The translations under genes and the position numbers were made by a program. Below are positions 63,304-64,000 of a stretch of 64,000 nt of DNA, one piece after another; position 1 is the stretch's first letter; every line of letters begins with the position of its first letter. The notes below the pieces were generated by a model. It saw only the letters and a list, made by a program, of their open reading frames with translations, did not search any database and had not been told where the DNA came from. Origin of the DNA: Styela clava (lineage: Eukaryota); assembly GCF_964204865.1 (NCBI RefSeq), contig NC_135255.1:12586001-12650000 (forward strand), in the 5' to 3' direction.

Positions 63304-64000
63304 GCCCGCTGAGTGTCGTTTAAATTTGCGGTCGAAGAGGAAGCAGCTGTTGCAGGATCAGTGGGATTCTGAAGATGTGGACAATCCCGTTTAAGATGAC
63401 CAGTCTGCTTGCAATTAAAACATGCCTTGCAATCCCTGCCCCAGTGACCATGTTTACCACAACGAGGACACGGGTTGCGTGGTACACCATCAAAATTGCG
63501 ATTGTTGGCACGCGGTTTAACATATCCTATAATCTCATCCAGTTTCTGTACAAGTAACTTGATACTGTCTTCAAGAGAAAAGTCGCTTTGCTGATTAACT
63601 ACATTACCAGTATTGCTCTGTTTCACTGCTGCAATGCGCGGTTTAGACATGTTCTTTCCCTCGGAGTGGTTATTATCAACAGAGTAATACAGTGTCGCAA
63701 GAGACAAAGCCTTTTCGAAAGTATCAGGCTGTTGCATGGTAACATGCTTGATCATGCTTTCATCGGTTAGACCGGCAAGAAATTGCGATTTCAAAATATC
63801 ATCTTGACCAGTAATATCCAGATTTGGGTAGGCAAGAATAACAAGCTCTTTCAACTTATTACCGTAATCCCGTGGCGCTTCATTTGGCTTAATCCTACGA
63901 CAGTGAAATGTAGTACGGTAGGAGCTCTCATTTCCGGCAGGTTTAAAGAAATGATTGAAATGAGCCACAATATCACGATAGCTAGTACGTTTCATATCTG
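63300..64000 (-). CDS. gag: Gypsy Gag (5' truncated by the window edge)
   Basis: Capsid-like region (LAYP...QFLAGL) and two CCHC knuckles CPRCGKHGHWGRDC and CFNCKQTGHLKRDC. Confidence 0.92.
   Translation of the reverse strand, partial: DMKRTSYRDIVAHFNHFFKPAGNESSYRTTFHCRRIKPNEAPRDYGNKLKELVILAYPNLDITGQDDILKSQFLAGLTDESMIKHVTMQQPDTFEKALSLATLYYSVDNNHSEGKNMSKPRIAAVKQSNTGNVVNQQSDFSLEDSIKLLVQKLDEIIGYVKPRANNRNFDGVPRNPCPRCGKHGHWGRDCKACFNCKQTGHLKRDCPHLQNPTDPATAASSSTANLNDTQRA

Larger units (their letters stand above)
58691..64000 (-). mobile_element. Ty3/gypsy LTR retrotransposon (5' end beyond the window)
   Basis: gag plus PR-RT-RH-IN pol order, polypurine tract and 3' LTR; ORFs uninterrupted. Confidence 0.95.

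Noticed and set aside
59990-63770. Plus-strand ORFs within the retrotransposon
   Set aside because: Short antisense shadows of gag and pol.

Overview
AT-rich (about 35% GC by eye) intron-containing animal genomic DNA. Short introns, MITE content and operon-like gene spacing suggest a tunicate (ascidian); this is inference. The minus strand carries three co-oriented housekeeping genes: intronless C1orf131/FSAF1 (44807-44103), intronless SART1 (42977-40632) and a ~36-exon VPS8 (38661-11443). At both internal junctions an AATAAA sits 12-23 nt upstream of a splice acceptor just before the next ATG, the signature of an SL trans-spliced operon with no intercistronic DNA. The plus strand carries a gamma-glutamyltranspeptidase-family gene (49260-55931) that keeps the catalytic Thr and oxyanion hole but has lost key glutamate-binding residues and apparently its signal anchor. 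The window ends inside an apparently intact Ty3/gypsy retrotransposon with a -1 gag-pol frameshift signal. The rest is dense in DNA-transposon debris: pogo, a tandemly duplicated piggyBac that copied half of a VPS8 exon, hAT and Tc1 MITEs, Merlin-like MITEs carrying TTAGGG and YY1-type motifs, and a tRNA-SINE. A frameshifted SprT-type protease remnant lies next to a 35-bp tandem array. Exon boundaries were read by hand and may be off by a few bases.
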